Positions 56,424 to 63,532 of a stretch of DNA of 63,532 nucleotides are shown here, piece after piece. The position numbers and the translations under genes were made by a program. Each line of letters starts with the position of its first letter. Within the stretch, counting starts at the first letter, position 1. The stretch is taken from contig DATDGU010000175.1 of NCBI GenBank assembly GCA_036521915.1, forward strand, positions 1 to 63,532. The letters are read 5' to 3'. Below the pieces are notes generated by a model. It made no database searches. It was given only the letters and a program-made list of their open reading frames with translations, and was not told the origin of the DNA. Source of the DNA: Acidimicrobiia bacterium (GTDB taxonomy: Bacteria > Actinomycetota > Acidimicrobiia > IMCC26256 > PALSA-555).

Positions 56424-57385
56424 CGCTGATCGGCTACACGATGATGTGTGAGCAAGCGGGCCCGAAGCAGCTCGTGCGAGATGTCGCCCTCGCCGAGGAA
56501 GCCGGGTTCGATTTCGCGGTGATCAGCGACCACTATTTCCCGTGGCTGAGTGCCCAAGGGCATTCCCCGTACGCCTGGAGTGTGCTGGGCGCAGCGGCTC
56601 AGGCGACTGACCACATTCCATTGATGACCTACGTCACCTGCCCCATCCGGCGATATCACCCAGCCGTCGTCGCGCAGAAGGCAGCCACCATGCAGCTCTT
56701 GAGCGACGGACGGTTCACGCTCGGGCTCGGTGCGGGCGAGAACCTGAACGAGCACATCGTCGGCGGCAGCTGGCCCATTGCCGGCGTGCGGCACGAGATG
56801 CTCGCCGAAGCCGTGGAGATCATCCGGGCACTCTGGGGTGGAGAGACGGTGACGTACCGGGGCGAGCACTTCGAAGTTGAGTCCGCCAAGATCTGGGATC
56901 TTCCCGACACCGCGCCCCAGATCGGCATTGCAGTGTCGGGAGCCGCGAGCTGTCGCCTCGCGGGGCGTCTGGCTGACCTCATGATCGCCGTGCAGCCGAA
57001 GGCCGAGCTGGGCGAGATGTTCGATAGCGCGGGGGGCTCCGGCAAGCCGAGGATCAGGCAGATCGCGCTCTCGTACGATCCCGATCCGCAGATCGCGGTG
57101 AAGCGGGCGATGGACCAGTTCCGTTGGTTCACTGCCGGGTGGCGGGTCAATGCCGAGCTTCCCCTCCCGGCGTCGTTCGATGAGGCGTCACACCCGGTGC
57201 GCGAGGACGACGTGTCGGCCCAGATGCCCTGCGGTCCCGATGTCGCGCGGCACGTGGCCGGCGTTCGCGAATTCCAGAGCGCCGGGTTCACCCACATCGC
57301 GTTGGTTCAAGTGGGCGCCGAGACCCAGGAGCAGTTCATCGCCTGGGCCGCAGGCGAGCTCCTCCCCGCCCTTCGGGTCTCGTGA
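56420..57385 (+). CDS. LLM-class F420-dependent oxidoreductase (G6PD-related TIGR03557-like)
   Basis: ATGA overlap with the upstream stop. MTLIGYTMMCEQAGPKQLVRDVALAEEAGFDFAVISDHYFPW is typical of this family. Confidence 0.9.
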   Translation: MTLIGYTMMCEQAGPKQLVRDVALAEEAGFDFAVISDHYFPWLSAQGHSPYAWSVLGAAAQATDHIPLMTYVTCPIRRYHPAVVAQKAATMQLLSDGRFTLGLGAGENLNEHIVGGSWPIAGVRHEMLAEAVEIIRALWGGETVTYRGEHFEVESAKIWDLPDTAPQIGIAVSGAASCRLAGRLADLMIAVQPKAELGEMFDSAGGSGKPRIRQIALSYDPDPQIAVKRAMDQFRWFTAGWRVNAELPLPASFDEASHPVREDDVSAQMPCGPDVARHVAGVREFQSAGFTHIALVQVGAETQEQFIAWAAGELLPALRVS

Positions 57386-57475
57386 ACATCTGAAGGTGAC
57401 AGCGCGCTGCGGTACGCCGAGCCCTCGGACCGGATGGCGTAGCCCGGGTCGCGACGTCGACCGAGAGTGGTATGC

Positions 57476-57502
57476 GACTCGCGGTCTGGGACACCGCGAG
57501 CC
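57476..57502. repeat. hairpin repeat copy
   Basis: GACTCGCGGTC-TGGGA-CACCGCGAGCC. In the convergent LLM/P450 junction. Confidence 0.85.
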
Positions 57503-57543
57503 ACTACCCCGCGTAAGAAGGCCGGTATCTCGTCTCGCGCGTT

Positions 57544-58779
57544 CTAGATGCGCCCTAATCCTGCTGTGGCAGCGGTCAGCTTGACCGGTAGTTGGCGGGG
57601 TCCGTTGGCCCAAAACACCGGGACGGGTTCGCGTCGGTAGGGCTCGTCGACCCTTGCTCGAGAGACGCGATCCAGGAAGACCTCCAGTGCGATTCGGCCT
57701 TCGAGTCTCGCGAGGGAAGCGCCGGGACAGACATGGGGTCCTCCGCCGAAGGCGAGATGATCCTTGGGGTTCGGGCGGTCCAGCCGGAAGTCGTCCGGAT
57801 CGATGTAGTTGCTCGCGTCACGATTTGCCGACGCGATGCCGAACCCGACCTTGACGCCCGCGGGGATCCTGACGTCGTCGATCGTGGCTTCCACCAGGCA
57901 ATCGCGCAACAGCACGTGGATCGGCGAGTCGTGGCGGAGCGACTCCTCGACCACGGTCGGGACCAGTCCCGGATCCATCCGCAAGCGCCCGAGGAGGGCG
58001 GCGTCACTGCACACCGTCTCGAGCATGTTGGCGATCAAGTGGCGCGTTGTCTCGTTCCCAGACATCAGCAAGAAGGCGAGCTGCGTGCGCATTTCAAGGT
58101 CAGTAAGAGACTCCCCATCAACACTCGTATTGATGAGCCGCGTCACGAAGTCGTCCGGTGGGTCAGACGAAGCCTTGCGTTCGGCAATCATCGCATCGAG
58201 GTAGGCCGCGAAATCGGGTGCCACCCCAGCCAAACCCTCGCCCTCGACTCCGTCCTCTCTACGATTCTTCGTCGCGTACGCGGACTGCACCACAAGATCG
58301 GACCATTCAGCGAAGCGGGCATGATCAGCCGGATCGACGCCGAGGAGATGTGCGATGACGGTCGCGGGAATTGGTGTCACGTAATCAGCCACCAAATCGC
58401 CACAGCCGTGCGCGATGAGCGGGTCGAGCAACTCGTTACAAAGGCGCCGGGCGAACGGCTCAACGCGGCCGATCCGATGCTGCGCCACCGCGGAGTTGAT
58501 GATTCGGCGGATCTTGCCGTGGCGCGGTTCAGAGATCTCGCTGATGAGTTGCTCCTCGGACGGCACCGTGACTCCCGCCGCGCGGAAGCTCGCCTGGAAC
58601 ACTCCGATCTCTTTGGTTGCCGCCAGCACGTCATCGTGACGAGCGAGAAAGTAGGCACCCGACTCAGTTCGCGAAACCGGGCATTTGGCGCGCAGTTGGG
58701 CCAGAAGCTGATATGGCACGCCCGCTGAGGCATCGAATGGGTCAGTGACCACCGCCGGAGATCCTCCCACCACCGGCAC
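57544..58779 (-). CDS. cytochrome P450
   Basis: I-helix LLMSGNETT, EESLR (ExxR) and heme loop FGGGPHVCPGASLAR. Confidence 0.95.
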   Translation of the reverse strand: MPVVGGSPAVVTDPFDASAGVPYQLLAQLRAKCPVSRTESGAYFLARHDDVLAATKEIGVFQASFRAAGVTVPSEEQLISEISEPRHGKIRRIINSAVAQHRIGRVEPFARRLCNELLDPLIAHGCGDLVADYVTPIPATVIAHLLGVDPADHARFAEWSDLVVQSAYATKNRREDGVEGEGLAGVAPDFAAYLDAMIAERKASSDPPDDFVTRLINTSVDGESLTDLEMRTQLAFLLMSGNETTRHLIANMLETVCSDAALLGRLRMDPGLVPTVVEESLRHDSPIHVLLRDCLVEATIDDVRIPAGVKVGFGIASANRDASNYIDPDDFRLDRPNPKDHLAFGGGPHVCPGASLARLEGRIALEVFLDRVSRARVDEPYRREPVPVFWANGPRQLPVKLTAATAGLGRI

Positions 58780-58855
58780 GATGGAGCCAGACCCCGCTCA
58801 GCCCGCGGGTCGGCTGGCTATTCGGTGAGATGCGGCGATCGGACATCGCGGTCGT

Positions 58856-58883
58856 GACTCGCGATCTGGGGGACACCCGCGGA
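58856..58883. repeat. hairpin repeat, right arm decayed
   Basis: GACTCGCGATC-TGGGG-GACACCCGCGGA. Confidence 0.55.
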
Positions 58884-58956
58884 TGGAGCGTGCTCCGCGA
58901 GTCGCCGACGCCTTGAGATCTTGCCGGATGTGTCGAGAGGGCGGCGATCGCCGTGC

Positions 58957-59268
58957 TTATCGGCGCTTCGCCTTTCCACGAGCCACTGTGTCTTTGAAGG
59001 ACTTCAGTGCTGTAATGCGAACACCCTTCGAGGCTGGACGGGCCTCAAACCACTGCTCCACACCTGTGAACGGATTCCTGCCCTTTCGCCGCGGCCTAGC
59101 AGCGATGTCCTTGCGCGCGAACTTGCAGAAGCCCGTGAGGGTTATGGTCTCACCCGTCTGAACGGTCGACACCACGACACGTTCAAACGCCTCAACGAGT
59201 CTCTTCGCCTCCGACTTGGAGACGTCAAGTTCTTCGGAGACGGCCTGGACAAATTGCGACTTGTTCAT
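58957..59268 (-). CDS. HU/IHF-family DNA-binding protein
   Basis: Start MNKSQFV at 59268 after GAGAGG. MNKSQFVQAVSEELDVSKSEAKRLVEAFERVV...ARPRRKGRNPFTG. TAA stop and visibly A/T-richer third positions. Confidence 0.85.
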   Translation of the reverse strand: MNKSQFVQAVSEELDVSKSEAKRLVEAFERVVVSTVQTGETITLTGFCKFARKDIAARPRRKGRNPFTGVEQWFEARPASKGVRITALKSFKDTVARGKAKRR

Positions 59269-59419
59269 GGTGTTCCTCTCTGGCGGTCGTCCCCATTGTC
59301 TAACGCTGTCGTAGGGCGAGAGTTGGGATATCGGCAGTCGCATACCCATCACCAGGACGCCACAGAACAATCCTGCCCCCGCTCCGTCCTGACCTCAGCC
59401 CACGCTGATGAGCCCTTGC

Positions 59420-59446
59420 GACTCGCGGCTAGTCAGATCGCGAGTC
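59420..59446. repeat. hairpin repeat copy (first of tandem pair)
   Basis: GACTCGCGGCT-AGTCA-GATCGCGAGTC. Confidence 0.8.
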
Positions 59447-59452
59447 GGTGGT

Positions 59453-59479
59453 GACTCGCGGTTTGGGTGACCGCGAGTC
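59453..59479. repeat. hairpin repeat copy (second of tandem pair)
   Basis: GACTCGCGGTT-TGGGT-GACCGCGAGTC, 6 nt after the previous copy. Confidence 0.9.
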
Positions 59480-59736
59480 GGCGATCGCGCTCGGCAAACG
59501 ACATCCCTTGTGTCCCCGGCAGCCGGTCTGTTGTATCGCATGCGCTCTGGCGATGCCTCACGAGCCTGACCCCACGTTTGATATGACTGCCAGTGTTGGT
59601 ACAGGCTGGCGGTGGCTCGACCCAAGAGGCTCCGTCTGTGTTCGTGATGGTCGAGTCGTGCTGTCCAACGCAAAGGCGACGTGATTGCCGAGGCGCCCGT
59701 CGTCCAGATCGTGCTCACCGAAGGCCTGCTCAAGGA

Positions 59737-60384
59737 ATGACCCCGACCAAAACTCCCGTCGCCGGCCGAAAGGCGCGGGCTTTTCTGCACAAGGCCGACC
59801 CGGTGCTCGGTCGGATCATCGATGCGCGCCCGGACTTCCGCCCGCGCGCCTGGCTCGACGAGCTGCCTCCGCTCGACGCCTTCGGAACGCTGATCTTCCA
59901 GGTCGTTGGCCAGCAGCTTTCGGTTCGTGCGACGCGGACGATCGTGTCCCGCATTGAGGAGCACTTCGGAGGACGGTTGCCGTCACCGGCCGAGCTGCTC
60001 GCTGCGGATCCCCACGTGCTGCGCGCCAGCGGGCTCTCCGCCCGCAAGGGCGAGACCCTGCGGGTGCTGGCGGAACGATTTGTCGATGGTCGTCTCAGCG
60101 ATGAGGTCTTGTCGCAGATGACCGACGACGAGGTCGAGGCAGCCCTGACCGAGGTTCCGGGCGTCGGGCCGTGGACGGCGCACGGCTTCTTGCTCGTGGC
60201 CCTCGACCGGCCCGACGTGTTCCTGTCCGGCGACGTTGCCCTCCGACGTGCCATCCAACGCGCCTACGGACTCGACCACCCTCCCACCGAAGACGAGATG
60301 CTCGAGCTGGCGGAGCGCTGGCGTCCGTACCGAAGCCTTGCCGTGAGCTACCTGTTCGCATCCGAATACGACGGAGGGACCTGA
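59737..60384 (+). CDS. DNA-3-methyladenine glycosylase II (AlkA-like, HhH-GPD)
   Basis: HhH motif LTEVPGVGPWTAHGFLL and catalytic Asp region FLSGDVALRRA. Start ATG 59737 inside ORF 59593..60384. Confidence 0.85.
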   Translation: MTPTKTPVAGRKARAFLHKADPVLGRIIDARPDFRPRAWLDELPPLDAFGTLIFQVVGQQLSVRATRTIVSRIEEHFGGRLPSPAELLAADPHVLRASGLSARKGETLRVLAERFVDGRLSDEVLSQMTDDEVEAALTEVPGVGPWTAHGFLLVALDRPDVFLSGDVALRRAIQRAYGLDHPPTEDEMLELAERWRPYRSLAVSYLFASEYDGGT

Positions 60385-60986
60385 TGAAACGAGCAGACCA
60401 CCGTGTCGGAATCATCGGCGCCGGCCGGCTCGGCCAGGCGATGGCACGCACGGCGCTACGCGCCGGCCGCGCCGTCGTCATCGCCAACAGCCGCGGCCCC
60501 GAATCGCTGGCGTCGGTAGTCTCGGCGCTGGGCGACGGAGCGTCGGCGGGGACCGTGGCCGACGCCGCAGCATCCGGAATCGTCGTCATTGCCGTGCCCT
60601 GGGACAGGGTCCCGAAGGCCCTCGAGGCAGTCCGATGGAACGGTCAGATCGTCATCGACGCCACGAACGACTTCGACCCCCGGGACCTCCATGGAAGGAC
60701 ATCGAGCGAGGTCGTCACCGACCTTGTCGGCGATGCGGCCGTGGTGAAGGCGGCGAACACGTTGGTCGCTGCGCTGCTCGGTACCGATCCGCGCGAGGCG
60801 GGAGGCCAGCGTGTGCTCTTTCTCTCAGGCGACGACCTCGATGCGAAGACCGAGGTCAGCGCACTCTTCCAGGACGCAGGCTTCTTCACCATCGACCTCG
60901 GCGATCTGATCACCGGCGGCCAGATGCAACAGGTCGGCGCTCCGTTAGCCGGCGCCAACCTCATTCGCCTTCCCGACCCCAACTAG
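60384..60986 (+). CDS. NADPH-dependent F420 reductase (NpdG-like)
   Basis: ATG 60384 overlaps the upstream TGA. RVGIIGAGRLGQAMARTALRAG Rossmann fold. IAVPWD, VIDATN and VVKAANT family pattern. Confidence 0.85.
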   Translation: MKRADHRVGIIGAGRLGQAMARTALRAGRAVVIANSRGPESLASVVSALGDGASAGTVADAAASGIVVIAVPWDRVPKALEAVRWNGQIVIDATNDFDPRDLHGRTSSEVVTDLVGDAAVVKAANTLVAALLGTDPREAGGQRVLFLSGDDLDAKTEVSALFQDAGFFTIDLGDLITGGQMQQVGAPLAGANLIRLPDPN

Positions 60987-61034
60987 GCCACGGCCGTCCA
61001 TCCTGAGCTGGACTGATGCCGTATGCCGGCCCGC

Positions 61035-61061
61035 GACTCGCGGTCTGGGGGACCGCGAGTC
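61035..61061. repeat. hairpin repeat copy (perfect)
   Basis: GACTCGCGGTC-TGGGG-GACCGCGAGTC. 11-bp perfect stem. In the convergent NpdG/hydrolase junction. Confidence 0.95.
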
Positions 61062-61072
61062 ACACAGATGCG

Positions 61073-61840
61073 TCAGGCGTCGTCCTCAACCATGGTGAGG
61101 AGGGCGGCGGTCACCTCGTCGGGACGGGTGATCATGCAGTCGTGCCCGCCGGGGACCCGTGCTTGCTTGCAGCGAGGCAACCGGCTGGCGAAGCGGGCGG
61201 ACACCGGTCCCTCAATGGTTCGGTCGTCGGTCGCAGTGATGTAGGCGGTCGGGAGCCCGAGGGCGAGGAACTCGTGCAGGCGGCCAGGCTCGATCAGCGC
61301 AGCGGGCGGGTAGGGCAGGTATCGGTCCCGCACGAAGGCCCGATCCTCGACCGTGCCATCTTGGAGGGTGGCGTCCAGGATCAGGTCGGGATCGGTCAGT
61401 GCCCGGCCATCGGGTTCGAGGCTCACCGCTCGGGCGATCCAACGGCTCTGGGGCACTGCGTCGATCAGCGTCTCGCCATCGTCGGTCACAACGGCTGCCA
61501 GCCACACCACTCGACGCATCCGCTCCGGGAGCACCTCGGCGACTCGGGGGACAACGACGCCTCCCATCGAGTGGCCGACGAGCACGACATCGCCCAGCCC
61601 CTCAAAGGTGATGACCTGCACGACGTCCGTCACGAACGTCTCGAACCCCACCACCGCATCGCCGAGGTGACTGCGCTCCCCGAACCCAGTCAGCGTGGGG
61701 GTATAGACCGCGTAGCCGGCGGCTTGCAGCCGGCGGGCCACCCGCACCCAGCACCAGCCGCCGTGACCTCCTCCATGGACAAGCACGAAGGCCGGCTTGG
61801 CCGGCCCGTCGTCGTTAAGAGTCGGTCGGACGGGCAGCAA
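61073..61840 (-). CDS. alpha/beta hydrolase
   Basis: 255 aa. FVLVHGGGHGGWCW and nucleophile elbow VLVGHSMGG. Confidence 0.85.
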   Translation of the reverse strand: MLPVRPTLNDDGPAKPAFVLVHGGGHGGWCWVRVARRLQAAGYAVYTPTLTGFGERSHLGDAVVGFETFVTDVVQVITFEGLGDVVLVGHSMGGVVVPRVAEVLPERMRRVVWLAAVVTDDGETLIDAVPQSRWIARAVSLEPDGRALTDPDLILDATLQDGTVEDRAFVRDRYLPYPPAALIEPGRLHEFLALGLPTAYITATDDRTIEGPVSARFASRLPRCKQARVPGGHDCMITRPDEVTAALLTMVEDDA

Positions 61841-61926
61841 CGACGCAACACCTCTTCGACTCGGCTCGAAAGCACCCCTCGTAGAGTACGGCCACCGTGC
61901 TCAGCGCGCCGACGTCGGCTGACCGA

Positions 61927-62123
61927 TCAGTCGTATACGACCGTCGTGTCCGCTGCGACGTCGTGCAAGGCGCGGTGCTCGCGCCCGCTGCCCCCCCGTG
62001 TCTTGGTTTTTGGCGCGTTCCGCGCTTCCGGTGCCGCTTCGGCCCTTCCGTGCTCCCTGGTGTCACCACAACATCGCACACGAGCCATTTGACGCGCTGG
62101 TTGGCGACCCAGAAGCCGATCAA
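61927..62123 (-). pseudogene. decayed RDD-family gene remnant
   Basis: The last 20 codons (GREHRALHDVAADTTVVYD*) match the C-terminus of the RDD gene at 46828 (GREHRALHDVAANTAVVYD*), with a 26-nt identical core. Upstream, another frame reads GFWVANQRVKWLVCDVVVTPGS (compare WASVGQTPGMRLLGVKVVRRDGS). The TM region is missing. Confidence 0.45.
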
Positions 62124-62286
62124 TCCTCAGGCGCCACCTTGAGGAACGACCTGTCCGTCTGCCCCTCGACGTCTGAGGCCCCTTCGGTGGTGATCAAGCG
62201 GCGCGGCGCGTCGTCCCGAACCGGTCGCGAGGAGGTGGCGTAACGGACCTCTGCTTGAGCCACGGCTGGCAAAATTTCTGGCTGGG

Positions 62287-62314
62287 TGTCACATTCGAAT
62301 GGGTGACCGGTGTC
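62287..62314 (+). promoter_or_regulatory. candidate ECF41-dependent promoter upstream of the CMD gene
   Basis: TGTCACA (62287-62293), 17-nt spacer, TGTC (62311-62314), 34 nt before the ATG. The reported ECF41 consensus, recalled from memory, is TGTCACA-N16-CGTC. Confidence 0.45.
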
Positions 62315-62348
62315 TTGATGCCGAGAGCACGTAACCGGAGGAGGAATC

Positions 62349-62921
62349 ATGGCCAGCAGGGTCCCGAAGGCAGAGCTGACCGGCATCTATGGCGCGATGG
62401 TCAAGCGGATGTCCCGCAAGATGTTCGGCGACGTGCCCGAGCCGATCGGGGTGGCGTGGCACAACCGGAACGTGCTCAATTTCAGCTTCAGCCTCGGTCG
62501 TAAGGCACAGAAGTGGGATCAGTGTGACACGGGCCTGAAGTCGTTTGCCCACATGGCGGTTGCCAGCCTTGTCGGGTGCAGCTTTTGCCTGGACCTCGGC
62601 TACTTCCAGGCGCACAACGAGGGACTCGACTTGACCAAAGCGCGTGAGGTACCCCGGTGGCACGAATCGGATGTCTTCACACCGTTGGAGCGGGACGTCA
62701 TGGAGTACGCCGAGGCGATGACACTGACCCCGCCGACGGTGACCGACGAACTCTCGGCCACGCTGCTCGATCAGCTCGGTCCGGCCGCGCTGGTGGAGCT
62801 CACCGCGTCCATCGCGCTGGCGAACATGTACACCCGAACCAACACCGCGTTCGGTATCGAGTCCCAGGAGTTCGCGACGGCGTGTGACCTGAAGCCGCTC
62901 GCCGTCGCCTCGACGGCATGA
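62349..62921 (+). CDS. carboxymuconolactone decarboxylase (AhpD-like) family protein
   Basis: 190 aa, RBS GGAGGAGG. Family CxxC-type motif VGCSFCLDLG. Confidence 0.85.
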   Translation: MASRVPKAELTGIYGAMVKRMSRKMFGDVPEPIGVAWHNRNVLNFSFSLGRKAQKWDQCDTGLKSFAHMAVASLVGCSFCLDLGYFQAHNEGLDLTKAREVPRWHESDVFTPLERDVMEYAEAMTLTPPTVTDELSATLLDQLGPAALVELTASIALANMYTRTNTAFGIESQEFATACDLKPLAVASTA

Positions 62922-63532
62922 CCGACGACCCCTTCGTCACCCATCGCAGCCTGCTCTTCACCGTCGCCTACGAGATGCTCGGCTCTGCGGCCGATGCCGA
63001 GGACGTCGTCCAGGAGACCTGGCTGCGGTGGGCCGACGTGGACCAGGCAGAGGTGCGTGACCCACGGGCCTATCTGGTCCGGATCGTCACCCGGCAGGCG
63101 CTGAACCGGCTCCGATCGGTGTCCCGCCGCCGGGAGGACTACATCGGGGAATGGCTGCCCGACCCGCTGCTCACCAGTCCCGATGTGGCCGAGGACGCCG
63201 AGCTGGCCGTGAACGTCTCGATCGCGATGCTCACGGTGCTGGAGACGCTGGGCCCGGCCGAGCGGGCAGTGTTCGTGCTGCGCGAGGTGTTCGAGATGCC
63301 CTACGACGAGATCGCCGACGCGGTGGGCAAGACCCCGGCCGCGGTCCGGCAGATCGCGCACCGTGCCCGCGAGCACGTCGCGGCGCGCCGACCGCGAATG
63401 CAGGTGGATCGGGCCCAGCAGGAGGCGACCCTTGAGAAGTTCATGGCCGCAATCGCCACTGGCGACCTGCAGGGACTACTAGCCGTCCTCGCCCCGGACG
63501 TGGTATTGATCGCCGACGGCGGCGGCCGGGTG
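62918..63532 (+). CDS. ECF41-type (SigJ-like) RNA polymerase sigma factor, 3-prime truncated by window edge
   Basis: Not in ORF track (runs off the edge). ATGA overlap with the CMD stop. MTDDPFVTHRSLLFTVAYEMLGSAADAEDVVQETWLRW (region 2), ERAVFVLREVFEMPYDEIADAVGKTPAAVRQIAHRAR (region 4), then the start of an NTF2/SnoaL-like extension. Confidence 0.85.
   Translation, partial: MTDDPFVTHRSLLFTVAYEMLGSAADAEDVVQETWLRWADVDQAEVRDPRAYLVRIVTRQALNRLRSVSRRREDYIGEWLPDPLLTSPDVAEDAELAVNVSIAMLTVLETLGPAERAVFVLREVFEMPYDEIADAVGKTPAAVRQIAHRAREHVAARRPRMQVDRAQQEATLEKFMAAIATGDLQGLLAVLAPDVVLIADGGGRV

Noticed and set aside
42274-61061. CRISPR array formed by the palindromic 27-nt repeats
   Set aside because: Spacing is irregular (6 nt to 4.3 kb), and the intervening DNA consists of full-length genes. 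No cas genes or leader are present. The repeats also diverge more than CRISPR repeats do.
42274-61061. Integron-like cassette array (one gene unit per palindromic site)
   Set aside because: There is no intI integrase or attI. Units are in mixed orientation and often hold 2-3 genes. The repeat lacks the attC R-box (GTTRRRY) layout and is far shorter than attC sites.
46828-61985. Integrated element bounded by the RDD 3-prime-end duplication (att-like direct repeats)
   Set aside because: The geometry is wrong for 3-prime-end integration: the partial copy lies on the 5-prime side of the intact gene. No integrase or excisionase is present. The remnant also retains internal gene sequence, so a decayed paralogue is the simpler reading.

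Overview
High-GC (about 70% by eye) actinobacterial-type chromosomal segment, judged from F420/LLM oxidoreductases, a mycothiol-type DinB enzyme, an ECF41 sigma factor and class III cyclases. I support about 60 protein-coding genes. I see no rRNA, tRNA, CRISPR array, transposase, integrase or phage genes. The region 1-42 kb is ordinary metabolism and housekeeping. It holds an esterase-LLM-D-aminoacylase-TauD gene string and a glucose/gluconate oxidation cluster (GH15, mutarotase, glucose 1-dehydrogenase, GMC oxidoreductase, MFS, gluconokinase). That cluster is interleaved with respiratory genes (NDH-2, cydAB), followed by a ClC channel, an orphan NuoF-like flavoprotein and a desaturase. The region 42-62 kb looks mosaic: units of 1-3 genes, several with visibly lower GC3, are separated by copies of one conserved 27-nt hairpin repeat (GACTCGCGRTC-TGGGR-GAYCGCGAGTC). 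I found 19 copies in the window, 14 of them in the last 19 kb. This part also holds a loose set of cyclic-nucleotide components: a 1,100-aa cyclase-STAND(AAA)-TPR protein, a stand-alone cNMP-binding domain protein, a Crp/Fnr regulator and a divergent 3-TM protein. I flag these as a speculative split cNMP sensor-effector module. Other notable items are a GNAT gene broken by two single-T insertions, a decayed RDD paralogue, a DEAD-box helicase fused to a cold-shock domain, and a CMD-ECF41 pair with an ECF41-type promoter motif. All functional calls rest on motif recognition by eye; no searches were run.
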